This document shows positions 43,160 through 53,583 of a stretch of 64,000 nucleotides of DNA, in pieces. The DNA is from Escherichia phage saus132: the sequence record NC_047884.1. One strand, given 5' to 3'. How positions within the stretch are numbered: the stretch's first letter is position 1; each line of letters opens with the position of its first letter. Position numbers and translations under genes: made by a program. The notes under the pieces were generated by a model, which had not been told where the DNA came from, ran no database searches, and saw only the letters and a program-made list of their open reading frames with translations.

Positions 43160-45727
43160 TTGAAAATTGCAGTAGTTGATAAAGCTCTAAATAACACTCG
43201 TTATGATAAACACTTCCAGCTTTATGGTGAGGAAGTTGATGTATTCCATATGTGTAACGAGAAGTTATCTGGCCGTTTGCTGAAAAAGCATATTACAATC
43301 GGAACTCCAGATAACCCGTTCGATCCGAACGATTACGATTTTGTTGTACTAGTTGGTGCTGAACCTTTCCTGTATTTCGCAGGTAAGAAAGGTATCGGTG
43401 ATTATACTGGTAAACGTGTAGAGCATGGAGGCTATGCCAACTGGATTGCAAGTATTAGTCCAGCTCAGCTACACTTTAAACCTGAAATGAAACCAGTTTT
43501 CGATGCAACTGTTGAAAGTATTCATGACATTATTAATGGTCGTGAGAAGATTGCAAAAGCTGGTGATTATCGTCCTATTACTGATCCAGATGAAGCTGAA
43601 GAATACATCAAGATGGTGTATAATATGGTTATCGGACCTATCGCATTCGACTCCGAAACCTCAGCTCTGTATGCTCGTGATGGTTATCTTCTTGGTGTTT
43701 CTATGTCTCACCAAGAGTATCAGGGTGTCTATATTGACTCTGACAGCATTACCGAAGTAGCTGTACATTATCTCCAGAAAATTCTGGATAGCAAGAATCA
43801 TCAGATCGTTTTTCATAACTTGAAGTTCGATATGCACTTTTACTCCTATCATCTAGGACTTTCCTTCGAGAAAGCACATAAAGAGCGTAGACTTCATGAT
43901 ACCATGTTGCAACACTATGTTCTTGATGAACGTCGTGGTACTCACGGCTTGAAATCTCTGGCTATGAAGTATACTGACATGGGCGATTATGACTTTGAAC
44001 TGGATAAGTTCAAGGATGATTATTGCAAGGCACATAAGATCAAAAAAGAGGATTTCAGCTATGATCTGATTCCTTTTGATATTATGTGGCCATATGCTGC
44101 AAAAGATACCGATGCTACTCTGCGTCTGCATAACTTCTTCTTACCAAAAATTGAGAAGAACGAAAAGCTTTGCAGTCTATACTACGAAGTTCTGATGCCT
44201 GGTTGTGTATTCCTGCAACGTGTTGAAGATCGTGGTGTACCGATTTCCGTTGATCGCTTGAAAGAAGCTCAGTATCAGTTGACACATCGATTAAATATGG
44301 CTCGTGAGAAGCTGTATACTTATCCAGAAGTCGTTCAGCTGGAGAAGAATCAGAACGAAGCGTTTAACCCGAACTCTGTTAAGCAACTCCGTGTTCTTCT
44401 GTTTGATTATGTTGGTTTGACTCCAACTGGTAAACTGACGGATACAGGTGCAGATTCTACAAATGCAGAAGCTCTGAATGAACTGGCTACTCAGCACCCG
44501 ATTGCTAAAACTCTGCTAGAGATTCGTAAGCTGACTAAGCTGATCTCTACTTATGTTGAGAAGATTCTTCTGAGCATCGATGCAGATGGTTGCATTCGTA
44601 CCGGTTTCCACGAACACATGACTACTTCTGGTCGTCTGAGTTCTTCTGGTAAGCTAAACCTGCAACAGTTACCACGTGATGAATCTATTATCAAGGGTTG
44701 TGTAGTAGCTCCCCCTGGATATCGTGTAATCGCATGGGACTTAACAACTGCGGAAGTTTATTACGCTGCTGTACTGTCTGGTGACAGAAACATGCAACAA
44801 GTATTTATCAACATGAAGAATGAGCCGGATAAATACCCTGACTTCCACTCAAACATCGCACACATGGTATTTAAACTGACCTGTGAACCACGTGATGTTA
44901 AAAAGCTGTTCCCAGCTCTGCGTCAGGCTGCTAAGGCAATTACCTTCGGTATTCTGTATGGTTCTGGCCCAGCGAAAGTAGCTCATTCTGTTAACGAAGC
45001 TCTTCTGGAACAGGCTGCTAAGACAGGTGAACCGTTTGTTGAATGTACCGTTGCAGATGCTAAGGACTATATCGAAACTTACTTCGGTCAGTTCCCTCAG
45101 CTTAAGCGTTGGATTGATAAGTGCCACGATCAGATCAAGAACTTTGGATTCATCTATAGTCACTTTGGTCGTAAGCGTCGTCTGCACAACATCCATTCCG
45201 AAGATCGTGGTGTTCAGGGTGAAGAAATCCGTTCTGGATTTAACGCAATCATTCAGTCTGCATCTTCTGATAGCCTGTTGTTAGGTGCTATTGATGCTGA
45301 TGAAGAAATCCTGTCACTGGGTCTAGGAAAAGAGATGAAGATCGTCATGTTGGTTCACGACTCCGTGGTTGCCATTGTACGTGAAGATCTGATCGATCAG
45401 TATAACGAGATTCTGATTCGTAACATCCAGAAGGATCGTGGTATTAGTATCCCTGGCTGCCCAATCGGTATTGATTCTGATTCTGAGAAAGGTGGTTCTC
45501 GCGACTACTCTTGTGGTAAGATGAAGAAACAGCACCCATCAATCGCTTGTATTGATGATGATGAATATACTCGTTATGTTAAGGGTGTATTACTCGATGC
45601 AGATTTCGAGTATAAGAAGTTAGCTGCAATGGATAAAGAGCATCCAGACCACAGCAAGTACAAGGATGATAAGTTTATTGCTGTATGTAAAGATCTGGAT
45701 AATGTGAAAAGGATTTTAGGTGCTTGA
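43160..45727 (+). CDS. DNA polymerase, family A, with 3'-5' exonuclease domain (855 aa)
   Basis: Exo I FDSETSAL, motif B RQAAKAITFGILYG, motif C VHDS; length matches T5 polymerase as recalled; TTG start. Confidence 0.9.
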   Translation: MKIAVVDKALNNTRYDKHFQLYGEEVDVFHMCNEKLSGRLLKKHITIGTPDNPFDPNDYDFVVLVGAEPFLYFAGKKGIGDYTGKRVEHGGYANWIASISPAQLHFKPEMKPVFDATVESIHDIINGREKIAKAGDYRPITDPDEAEEYIKMVYNMVIGPIAFDSETSALYARDGYLLGVSMSHQEYQGVYIDSDSITEVAVHYLQKILDSKNHQIVFHNLKFDMHFYSYHLGLSFEKAHKERRLHDTMLQHYVLDERRGTHGLKSLAMKYTDMGDYDFELDKFKDDYCKAHKIKKEDFSYDLIPFDIMWPYAAKDTDATLRLHNFFLPKIEKNEKLCSLYYEVLMPGCVFLQRVEDRGVPISVDRLKEAQYQLTHRLNMAREKLYTYPEVVQLEKNQNEAFNPNSVKQLRVLLFDYVGLTPTGKLTDTGADSTNAEALNELATQHPIAKTLLEIRKLTKLISTYVEKILLSIDADGCIRTGFHEHMTTSGRLSSSGKLNLQQLPRDESIIKGCVVAPPGYRVIAWDLTTAEVYYAAVLSGDRNMQQVFINMKNEPDKYPDFHSNIAHMVFKLTCEPRDVKKLFPALRQAAKAITFGILYGSGPAKVAHSVNEALLEQAAKTGEPFVECTVADAKDYIETYFGQFPQLKRWIDKCHDQIKNFGFIYSHFGRKRRLHNIHSEDRGVQGEEIRSGFNAIIQSASSDSLLLGAIDADEEILSLGLGKEMKIVMLVHDSVVAIVREDLIDQYNEILIRNIQKDRGISIPGCPIGIDSDSEKGGSRDYSCGKMKKQHPSIACIDDDEYTRYVKGVLLDADFEYKKLAAMDKEHPDHSKYKDDKFIAVCKDLDNVKRILGA

Positions 45728-46217
45728 TTTCAAATTGCCCGTATATGCTTTACGGGCGTTTGTATCAATTGAGCAGGAAGGTGATTATTCCGTAATTACA
45801 ACAAGATATAATAAATATGTGCTAGATAACAGGAAGTTGCCTGGCACATTCTCTCAACGTAGATTAGACCTATTCGAGAAGCGGAAAGAATTACCTTATA
45901 AGCTCTATCCTATTCGTGGTAGAATATCAATGTTGTCCCAATTAGTTGGGTCAAAGCGTAGCCAGTTCATAGATTCTGATGGAAATCTTATTAATTGGAA
46001 GAAAACTACGTTCTATGATGTTATCACGTCTAAAGTTCTGCATTCTGCAAGAATTTATAATGGAAAGTATCAATGTTATGTGGCCAAAGTTCCATATCCA
46101 TTCGTACTATCCTATGTTCCAGCTTATATAAGCTATATTCTGGTAAATAATAGCCCTGTTATTTACCAAGTCCATCAAGAGGAGCCTGAAATTCCTAGAC
46201 TTAGAATAAAATTATGA
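45720..46217 (+). CDS. hypothetical protein (165 aa)
   Basis: ORF overlapping polymerase stop. Confidence 0.45.
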   Translation: MLDFKLPVYALRAFVSIEQEGDYSVITTRYNKYVLDNRKLPGTFSQRRLDLFEKRKELPYKLYPIRGRISMLSQLVGSKRSQFIDSDGNLINWKKTTFYDVITSKVLHSARIYNGKYQCYVAKVPYPFVLSYVPAYISYILVNNSPVIYQVHQEEPEIPRLRIKL

Positions 46218-47560
46218 AGGTTGTTATATCTAATAAAGCCTATTTCAAGCCCGATGATGAACTCTGGGATTACTGTAGTAAACAAACTACTTATCACATC
46301 GAGACAATGACTAGTAAATACCCTATTATGTATAAGAATAGTGGTGTTGTTGCTAAAGAGATTAAGTGGATTCCCGTTACGCGTCTGGATTTACTAGAGG
46401 CTAAGGGAGTAAAATACGAATTAGTTGATAAACGCACGTTATCTCCGGTAGAAATACCAGAACCTCAGTTCAAGCTACGTGAAGAAGATCAGCTTCCTAT
46501 ATATGAAGAGTGTGATGATACTTGTATTATCAATGGTAAGCCTGGATTTGGTAAAACTATCTTAGCTCTAGCTCTTGCGTATAAGTTTGGTCAGAAAACT
46601 CTGGTAATCTGCACTAACACATCCATTCGTGAAATGTGGGCTGCAGAAGTTCGTAAATGGTTTGGGTTCGAGCCTGGTATTATAGGTTCTGGAAAGTATA
46701 ATATTGATCCACCAATCGTGGTCAGTAATATACAAACAGTGAACAAACATGCGAATAATCTTTCTAAGGTATTCGGTACTGTTATAGTTGATGAAGTTCA
46801 CCACTGTGTAGCTACAACTTTCACTAATTTCCTAGAGATCTCATGTGCTCGCTACAAGATCGGTCTATCAGGTACATTAAAACGTAAAGATGGGCTACAA
46901 GTTATGTTCAAAGATTTCTTTGGATATAAGATCTTTAGTCCCCCTGTTAATAACACTGTTCCACCCACAATCCATAGGTACTCCGTACCTGTCGAGTTAT
47001 CAGGAAACCAGAACGTACCGTGGGCACTACGTGCTAATGATGTATATAATCATCCTGAATATCGGGAAACTATTATAAACCTAGCACATTTATATGTGTC
47101 TATGGGGCATAAGGTTCTCTTTGTAAGTGATAGGACGGAACTAATCCAAACAATATTAGAAGCTCTCGCACAACGTGGTGTTACAACCTATGAGATTATA
47201 GGTGCAACTCCTTTGGATGACCGATTGAGAATCCAGAAAGATGTAGCGGAGGGCGGACCCTGTGTGCTTGCAGCAGCTCAGAGTATCTTCTCAGAAGGTA
47301 TTTCTCTTAACGAGCTGTCTTGTTTAATAATGGGAAGTCTCATTAATAATGAATCTCTCATAGAACAGTTAGCAGGCCGCGTTCAACGTATTGTTGACGG
47401 AAAGTTAGATCCGATTGTTGTAGATTTAATTATGAAAGGAGGTACTGGTTTAAGACAGGCTTCTGGACGTATGGCCGTGTATCGCAATAATGCATGGAAA
47501 ACTATTACTATGACTCCGGAGAAAGCAGTTAGATTAGCCCAGGAAGTATTTAAGGCATAA
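46214..47560 (+). CDS. SF2 DNA helicase
   Basis: Walker A GKPGFGKT and DEVH box VIVDEVHH. Confidence 0.8.
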   Translation: MKVVISNKAYFKPDDELWDYCSKQTTYHIETMTSKYPIMYKNSGVVAKEIKWIPVTRLDLLEAKGVKYELVDKRTLSPVEIPEPQFKLREEDQLPIYEECDDTCIINGKPGFGKTILALALAYKFGQKTLVICTNTSIREMWAAEVRKWFGFEPGIIGSGKYNIDPPIVVSNIQTVNKHANNLSKVFGTVIVDEVHHCVATTFTNFLEISCARYKIGLSGTLKRKDGLQVMFKDFFGYKIFSPPVNNTVPPTIHRYSVPVELSGNQNVPWALRANDVYNHPEYRETIINLAHLYVSMGHKVLFVSDRTELIQTILEALAQRGVTTYEIIGATPLDDRLRIQKDVAEGGPCVLAAAQSIFSEGISLNELSCLIMGSLINNESLIEQLAGRVQRIVDGKLDPIVVDLIMKGGTGLRQASGRMAVYRNNAWKTITMTPEKAVRLAQEVFKA

Positions 47561-47561
47561 A

Positions 47562-48092
47562 ATGATAACACAAGATAAGCTCAAAGAACTTTTCGAGTAT
47601 AACCCAGATACAGGTGATTTTACTCGTAGAGTAGCTAAAGGTAGAGCTGCAAAAGGAAGTATTGCTGGATCTCGTAACTCTAATGGTTATGTCTATATAA
47701 AAATAGATAAAATATCTTATCCTGCACATAGGCTTGCCTTCCTATACGTGGAAGGCAGGCTTCCTGAAGAGATAGACCATATTAATCGTATAAGATGGGA
47801 TAATAGGTGGAATAACTTGCGAGAGACCACACATCAACAAAACTGCAGAAATAGAAACACTAGAAGTACTTCTGGATATTTAGGCGTACATTGGGATAAT
47901 AATTCTTCTAAATGGAAGGTAGAGATAACTAACTGTATAGGTGTTAAAATATACGGTGGGTTATTCCCTTATGAGGAATTAGAGTTAGCTATAGATAAAG
48001 CTAATGAACTTAGAGCACAGCATCTAGGCATGGATTCCAGACAAGAACTATTCAAAGGATATATTTGTCGACGTGAGGACTTAGATAAGTAA
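47562..48092 (+). CDS. HNH homing endonuclease
   Basis: HNH core DHINRIRWDNRWNNLRETTHQQN; N-terminus similar to the nrd HNH. Confidence 0.75.
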   Translation: MITQDKLKELFEYNPDTGDFTRRVAKGRAAKGSIAGSRNSNGYVYIKIDKISYPAHRLAFLYVEGRLPEEIDHINRIRWDNRWNNLRETTHQQNCRNRNTRSTSGYLGVHWDNNSSKWKVEITNCIGVKIYGGLFPYEELELAIDKANELRAQHLGMDSRQELFKGYICRREDLDK

Positions 48093-48100
48093 AATTGCAT

Positions 48101-48129
48101 TTGGCAACTGCTCATAATTATTGTATAAT
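48101..48129 (+). promoter_or_regulatory. orphan promoter cassette (no ORF follows; hairpin 48155-48178 downstream)
   Basis: -35 TTGGCA, 17 bp, -10 TATAAT, UTR ATACACATAAATTTGAGAGAG. Confidence 0.5.
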
Positions 48130-48201
48130 ATACACATAAATTTGAGAGAGAAAGTTTCGGATTGATAAGAAAGTCCGAAGCAGAAAAATAAAAATTGTAC
48201 T

Positions 48202-48230
48202 TGTCAAATCCTCCCGATTTAATGTATAAT
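48202..48230 (+). promoter_or_regulatory. promoter
   Basis: -35 TTGTCA, 17 bp, -10 TATAAT, conserved UTR then ATG. Confidence 0.6.
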
Positions 48231-48257
48231 ATATACATAAATTGATGAGAGACAAAA

Positions 48258-48620
48258 ATGAAATTCTTTGATTACGAGAGAATTTACCTCTTAGCTAGAG
48301 GAAACTCCGACCTGATTGTCAAGCTATTTAATAGAATGCTTGCAGAGCCTGATGCTCACCAGTTACTGGTCGGTTCTTCATTCATCTTGAATGAATCAAC
48401 TATTGTTGATAACCCTTACAAATTGTCTAATAGACAACTGGCAGAATATCTAGGAATTCTAAGTCTACGAAATTATGCCGAATATAAGTTTACAAACGAT
48501 CCGAGTTTGGACATGCAATATGTCCCCATATGGATACCACGTTCTGTAATCGACACTAACCCACTAATTGCAATCAATAAATCGAAGATAATCTTTAAAG
48601 AGGAAATAAAATATGGCTAA
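48258..48620 (+). CDS. hypothetical protein (120 aa)
   Basis: ORF after promoter cassette. Confidence 0.5.
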   Translation: MKFFDYERIYLLARGNSDLIVKLFNRMLAEPDAHQLLVGSSFILNESTIVDNPYKLSNRQLAEYLGILSLRNYAEYKFTNDPSLDMQYVPIWIPRSVIDTNPLIAINKSKIIFKEEIKYG

Positions 48621-49386
48621 GTCTTGGGGCGAAACTACTGGCGGTTCTAACGATAAAATCGACTTCCTGAAATTCAACAACGGTGTAACTCGTGTTCGTA
48701 TCGTTTCTGGTGTTCTTCCACGTTATGTCTACTGGCTGACTAACAAAGATGGTAATGCAGCTCCGTTTGAGTGCCTGCGTTTCAACCGTACTAAAGAGAG
48801 CTTCGTTCGCGGTAAAGCTGACCCGATTCACGAAATGGGCTTCTTCGAGAAAGAGCTGGACAAAGATGGTAATCGTGTTCCGCTGAAACCGAAGAAAAAC
48901 TACATCGCTTTCGTTATCGACCGTTCTGATAACAAACTGAAAGTTATGGAAGTTAAAGCTACGATCCTGAAAGGCATCCAGTCTATCATGAAGCAGCTGA
49001 AACTGTCCGACCCGTTCGATATCGATATTTCTATCGAGAAGAAAGGTAAAGGCTTCGATACTGAGTACGATGTACAGCAGATCGCAGCAATGCAGTTCCA
49101 GATGGCTCTGAAAGATCCTACTAGCGCAGAAGCTAAACTGCACGCCGCAGATGCCGATATCCTCGGTGAAGCTATGTGTGATGATACTGGTGAGTTCATC
49201 AAGTTTGAAAAAGTTCCTTCTCTGGAAGAAACCTACCCGGTTCCGTCCTACGAAGAGCAGAAAGAAGCTATTCTCGCCTTCATGGAAGGTCGTGAGAAGC
49301 AAGACGGCGGTGACGCTAAGTCTGGTGGTGATGCTGGTTCTCAGAAAGGCATCGACGCTGAAGCTGCTAGCGATCTGGACGACTAA
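48613..49386 (+). CDS. putative ssDNA-binding protein (257 aa)
   Basis: Acidic C-terminal tail (ASDLDD) typical of SSBs, host-like codon usage, position before recombination nuclease genes. Confidence 0.45.
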   Translation: MAKSWGETTGGSNDKIDFLKFNNGVTRVRIVSGVLPRYVYWLTNKDGNAAPFECLRFNRTKESFVRGKADPIHEMGFFEKELDKDGNRVPLKPKKNYIAFVIDRSDNKLKVMEVKATILKGIQSIMKQLKLSDPFDIDISIEKKGKGFDTEYDVQQIAAMQFQMALKDPTSAEAKLHAADADILGEAMCDDTGEFIKFEKVPSLEETYPVPSYEEQKEAILAFMEGREKQDGGDAKSGGDAGSQKGIDAEAASDLDD

Positions 49387-49391
49387 TAAAC

Positions 49392-49420
49392 CAAGGGGAG
49401 CTACGGCTCCCTTTCTTTTT
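49392..49420 (+). terminator. rho-independent terminator after SSB-like gene
   Basis: Hairpin AAGGGGAGC-TACG-GCTCCCTT then TCTTTTT. Confidence 0.7.
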
Positions 49421-49425
49421 AACTT

Positions 49426-50403
49426 ATGAGAATACTATTTAGTGCTGATCATCATATCAAATTAGGACAAGATAAAGTTCCAAAGGAATGGCAGAAGCGT
49501 CGCTTCCTGATGCTAGGAGAACGGTTAAATGACATATTCCATAATCATAACTGTGATCTGCATATTGCTGGTGGTGATATTCTTGATGTTGCCGACCCAT
49601 CGTCGGAAGAAATAGAACTTCTTGAACAGTTCATGTCAAGACTTGACCATTCAGGCAAGATCTTCACTGGGAACCATGAAATGTTAACTAAAACTATTTC
49701 ATGTCTGTATCATTATGCAGGAGTTATTAATAAAGTAACAAACGGAAATTGGGAAGTCATTACTAAACCATATCGTTCTCCTGAATTTGATATTATCCCT
49801 TATGATGAAATCCACAAACCAAAGTGGAAACCATCTGAGTCAAAACTATGTTTCACGCATGTTCGTGGTGAAATCCCTCCACATGTAAAACCAGAGATTG
49901 ATCTAACGAGGTATAACTGTTATGACACTGTAATTGCTGGCGATTTACATTCTTATACTAATAGTCAAACTGTTGGTTCTACTAGACTTCTTTATCCAGG
50001 ATCTCCATTAACTACATCGTTCCATAGAGAACGAACAAAAGGTACAAATGGTTGTTTTATCATTGATACCGACACATTAAAAGTAGAATGGATTGAACTT
50101 GGTGACTTACCACAACTGATTCGTAAAACAATCGGAGTTGGTGAGGAAATGGAGCCTAGTGACTATGACCGTGTAATTTATGAAGTCACTGGTGACGTCG
50201 TTCAGTTAAAGTCTATTAAAGATTCTGATCTCTTAGATAAAAAGATTAACCATCGAGTTACTAAAGATGCTAAGTTAAATCTTGTTGATCTTGATATGTT
50301 AGGCGAGCTTGAGCTTTACTTCCGTGAAGTTGAAAAGCTGTCTCAAGACGACATTGATAGAATCTTGGCTAGAGCTGCTAAATATGTCAAAGATTATAAT
50401 TAA
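49426..50403 (+). CDS. SbcD/Mre11-like nuclease
   Basis: Phosphoesterase motifs ADHH, GGDILD, GNHE. Confidence 0.85.
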   Translation: MRILFSADHHIKLGQDKVPKEWQKRRFLMLGERLNDIFHNHNCDLHIAGGDILDVADPSSEEIELLEQFMSRLDHSGKIFTGNHEMLTKTISCLYHYAGVINKVTNGNWEVITKPYRSPEFDIIPYDEIHKPKWKPSESKLCFTHVRGEIPPHVKPEIDLTRYNCYDTVIAGDLHSYTNSQTVGSTRLLYPGSPLTTSFHRERTKGTNGCFIIDTDTLKVEWIELGDLPQLIRKTIGVGEEMEPSDYDRVIYEVTGDVVQLKSIKDSDLLDKKINHRVTKDAKLNLVDLDMLGELELYFREVEKLSQDDIDRILARAAKYVKDYN

Positions 50404-52222
50404 GACACTAAAATTCAGCAACGTTATGTCTTACGGTAAGGATACCGTAATTCATTTCGATAAGAATCCAGTTACTCAGTTAATCGGAGGAAACGGTCTA
50501 GGGAAGTCCACTATTGCTACTGTTATTGAGGAATTGTTTTATAACAAGAACTCACGTGGTATCAAGAAGGACGCCCTATTCTCTTGGGGTTCTCCGAAGA
50601 AAGAGTATGATATGCATGCTTACTTCTCGAAAGATGAAGATGAGTATGAATTGCATAAAGTAGTTAAATCAACTGCTAAGGTTACACTGATTAAGAATGG
50701 AGAAGATATCAGTGGACACACAGCAACTCAAACGTACAAGATGATTGAAGAGATTATGGGTGGTGACTTCCAAACATTCACTAAACTAATCTATCAATCT
50801 GTTGGTTCCAATCTAGACTTCCTCAAAGCAACTGATGCAACACGTAAAGCTTTTCTTGTTAATCTGTTCAATCAGGAACAGTATAAAGAGATGTCAGAAA
50901 CTATTAAGGCTGATCGTAAAGAAGTGGCAAGTACGTTAAGTAACTTGCAAGGCCAGATGGCCGTAATTACGAAGATCCTCAATGGAAAAGGTAATCTCGG
51001 AAGTTTACAGGAGCCAGTTGAAGTTCCAGAATTTGATGAAGAACCGTTAGCACAAGAACTTACTGAATCGAAAATTAAGGCGGCATTAGCCAAGTCACAA
51101 GAGGCTAATATTACTAAACTCCGTAATTTGGACAAAGCTGTACAAGTTGCCGAACAATCTTTCGAGCCTTTCAAAAATTTCCCTGCGCCCACCGACCAAT
51201 CTGAAGAGATCTCAAGTGTTACGCGTGACTTAACGATTGTTGCCTCACGTGCGGGAGAAGTCAAGAAACGTTATCAGAAGTTTAAGCAAGAGGCTTCAAA
51301 TACTGAATGTCCTACTTGTGGTACGCATCTTGATACAACTGCTGCTCAAAAAGCAATGGATATGGCTAGAACAGAATATGATCCTCTGTTTAAAGAGAAA
51401 CAATCTCTTGAAGCTACATTGGAGCAGTTGAAGAAAGAACAAGTCGAGTACACTGCGTATACTAGAGCTAAGGATGCTTTGGATAAGGCAATAGAAGCTA
51501 GGGACGAGTTCAAAAATTCAATGAGTGATGCTTCTTTTGAAGAACTCAATGTGCAAATCCTACAGGTGCAAATCCGACAATTAGAACAGGAAATCGCTGA
51601 TGGCCGTTCTAAAGTTGCAATTGCCAAAGAGCATAATGTAAATGTCGAATTAGCCAATGCAAAATATAAAGCGAAACTAGAACAGATTGAAAAAGCTGAG
51701 GCAGAAATGTCTGAGATAACGTCCAAACTGGATGGAGTATCAGAAGCTGTTGCTGATCTTGATATTCTGATCGCTGCATTGAAAAATCTGGTAGGATATA
51801 AACTAGAGCATAGTGTGAAAGTATTTGAGGAATTGATTAATAAATATCTTTCTATTATGACTGGTGGTAAGTTCGCACTTGGATTTGAACTTGATGAAAC
51901 TAAATTACAAGTAGTAATCTTCAATGATGGAAACCGCACCAGTATGGAGAACTGCTCTACAGGTCAGCAAAGTAGAATTAACCTAGCAACTCTGTTAGCA
52001 ATTCGAATGCTGTTAACATCTATTAGTAAAGTTAATATTAATCTTCTGTTCCTTGACGAAGTTATTAGCTTTATTGATACGAAAGGACTTGATACTCTCG
52101 TTGAATTATTAAATGAGGAGGATAGTCTGAATTCTATCATTGTTTCTCATGGGCATACGCATCCATTAGCCCATAAGATTACTGTCAAAAAAGATGCAGA
52201 AGGATTTTCCTACTTAGAATAA
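50384..52222 (+). CDS. SbcC/Rad50-like ATPase
   Basis: N-terminal Walker A GGNGLGKST, central coiled coil, C-terminal Walker B LLFLDE; start at in-frame ATG 50384. Confidence 0.85.
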   Translation: MSKIIIKTLKFSNVMSYGKDTVIHFDKNPVTQLIGGNGLGKSTIATVIEELFYNKNSRGIKKDALFSWGSPKKEYDMHAYFSKDEDEYELHKVVKSTAKVTLIKNGEDISGHTATQTYKMIEEIMGGDFQTFTKLIYQSVGSNLDFLKATDATRKAFLVNLFNQEQYKEMSETIKADRKEVASTLSNLQGQMAVITKILNGKGNLGSLQEPVEVPEFDEEPLAQELTESKIKAALAKSQEANITKLRNLDKAVQVAEQSFEPFKNFPAPTDQSEEISSVTRDLTIVASRAGEVKKRYQKFKQEASNTECPTCGTHLDTTAAQKAMDMARTEYDPLFKEKQSLEATLEQLKKEQVEYTAYTRAKDALDKAIEARDEFKNSMSDASFEELNVQILQVQIRQLEQEIADGRSKVAIAKEHNVNVELANAKYKAKLEQIEKAEAEMSEITSKLDGVSEAVADLDILIAALKNLVGYKLEHSVKVFEELINKYLSIMTGGKFALGFELDETKLQVVIFNDGNRTSMENCSTGQQSRINLATLLAIRMLLTSISKVNINLLFLDEVISFIDTKGLDTLVELLNEEDSLNSIIVSHGHTHPLAHKITVKKDAEGFSYLE

Positions 52223-52225
52223 AAC

Positions 52226-52708
52226 ATGGCCGTAGATAGTAGAGAGAAAGGTAAACGTGGTGAATATCAGGTAAGAGATATACTGCGTGAACGTACAGGT
52301 CTTGAGTGGGAACGTGTTCCAGGTTCTGGTGCTTTTGGCCAGAGCCATGGACTGAAAGGTGACATCTACCTTCCACCACAAAGCGGACACATTAGTAAAT
52401 ACTGCTTCGAAGTTAAGTGGTATAAAGATGATAACATATCAAGTAATTTATTTAACGTTGGTGAATCCACTCTAGAGAAGTGGTGGCAGCAGTGTTCCCG
52501 TGAAGGTGAACAGATGAACTCCAAACCAGCTTTAATATTCAAGAAAGACAGAGGACAGTGGTTAATTGCTTTGGATAGCTCAGACCCGATGGTCGACAAC
52601 TTAATGAGTCGTACCCATATGGTGTTAAATAAGAAAGACATGGAAATCGTAATCGGGTTATTCGAACCGTGGTTACATCACGCATCTGTTGAGGACTTAA
52701 TTAAATAA
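52226..52708 (+). CDS. putative PD-(D/E)xK nuclease (160 aa)
   Basis: GDIYL...EVK arrangement resembles D...ExK core. Confidence 0.45.
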   Translation: MAVDSREKGKRGEYQVRDILRERTGLEWERVPGSGAFGQSHGLKGDIYLPPQSGHISKYCFEVKWYKDDNISSNLFNVGESTLEKWWQQCSREGEQMNSKPALIFKKDRGQWLIALDSSDPMVDNLMSRTHMVLNKKDMEIVIGLFEPWLHHASVEDLIK

Positions 52709-53583
52709 TGAGTAAATCCTGGGGAAAATTTATTGAAGAGGAAGAAGCTGAGCTGGCTTCTCGTCGCAACCTAATGATTGTTGATGGAACTAACTTAGGC
52801 TTCCGCTTCAAACATAATAATAGTAAGAAACCATTCGCTTCAAGTTATGTTTCTACAATTCAATCTTTAGCAAAATCCTATTCAGCTAGAACTACAATCG
52901 TTCTCGGCGATAAAGGAAAGTCTGTATTCCGTTTAGAACATCTTCCCGATTACAAAGGGAACCGTGACGAAAAGTATGCACAACGTACAGAAGAAGAGAA
53001 AGCACTAGATGAACAGTTCTTCGAGTATCTTCGTGATGCTTTCGAGTTGTGTGAAACCACATTCCCAACTTTCACTATTCGTGGTGTAGAAGCAGACGAT
53101 ATGGCAGCTTATATTGTTAAGCTCATTGGTCATTTATATGATCACGTTTGGCTGATCTCTACTGATGGTGACTGGGATACTCTATTAACTGATCGAGTTT
53201 CTCGCTTCTCCTTCACCACACGTCGTGAGTACCATCTTCGTGATATGTATGAACATCATAACGTTGATGATGTAGATCAGTTTATCTCTCTGAAAGCAAT
53301 TATGGGAGATCTTGGTGATAACATCCGTGGTGTTGAAGGCATCGGTGCAAAACGTGGTTATAATATTATCCGTGAATTTGGTAATGTTCTGGATATTATT
53401 GATCAACTCCCTCTGCCTGGGAAACAGAAATATATACAGAATCTAAATGCATCGGAGGAGTTGCTTTTCCGAAATTTGATTCTGGTTGATTTACCGACCT
53501 ATTGTATAGATGCTATTGCTGCTGTGGGTCAAGACGTACTAGATAAGTTTACGAAAGATATTTTGGAGATCGCAGGACAATGA
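52708..53583 (+). CDS. flap endonuclease / 5'-3' exonuclease (291 aa)
   Basis: N-terminal MSKSWGKFIEEEE...MIVDGTNLGFR and length match T5 flap endonuclease as recalled. Confidence 0.9.
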   Translation: MSKSWGKFIEEEEAELASRRNLMIVDGTNLGFRFKHNNSKKPFASSYVSTIQSLAKSYSARTTIVLGDKGKSVFRLEHLPDYKGNRDEKYAQRTEEEKALDEQFFEYLRDAFELCETTFPTFTIRGVEADDMAAYIVKLIGHLYDHVWLISTDGDWDTLLTDRVSRFSFTTRREYHLRDMYEHHNVDDVDQFISLKAIMGDLGDNIRGVEGIGAKRGYNIIREFGNVLDIIDQLPLPGKQKYIQNLNASEELLFRNLILVDLPTYCIDAIAAVGQDVLDKFTKDILEIAGQ

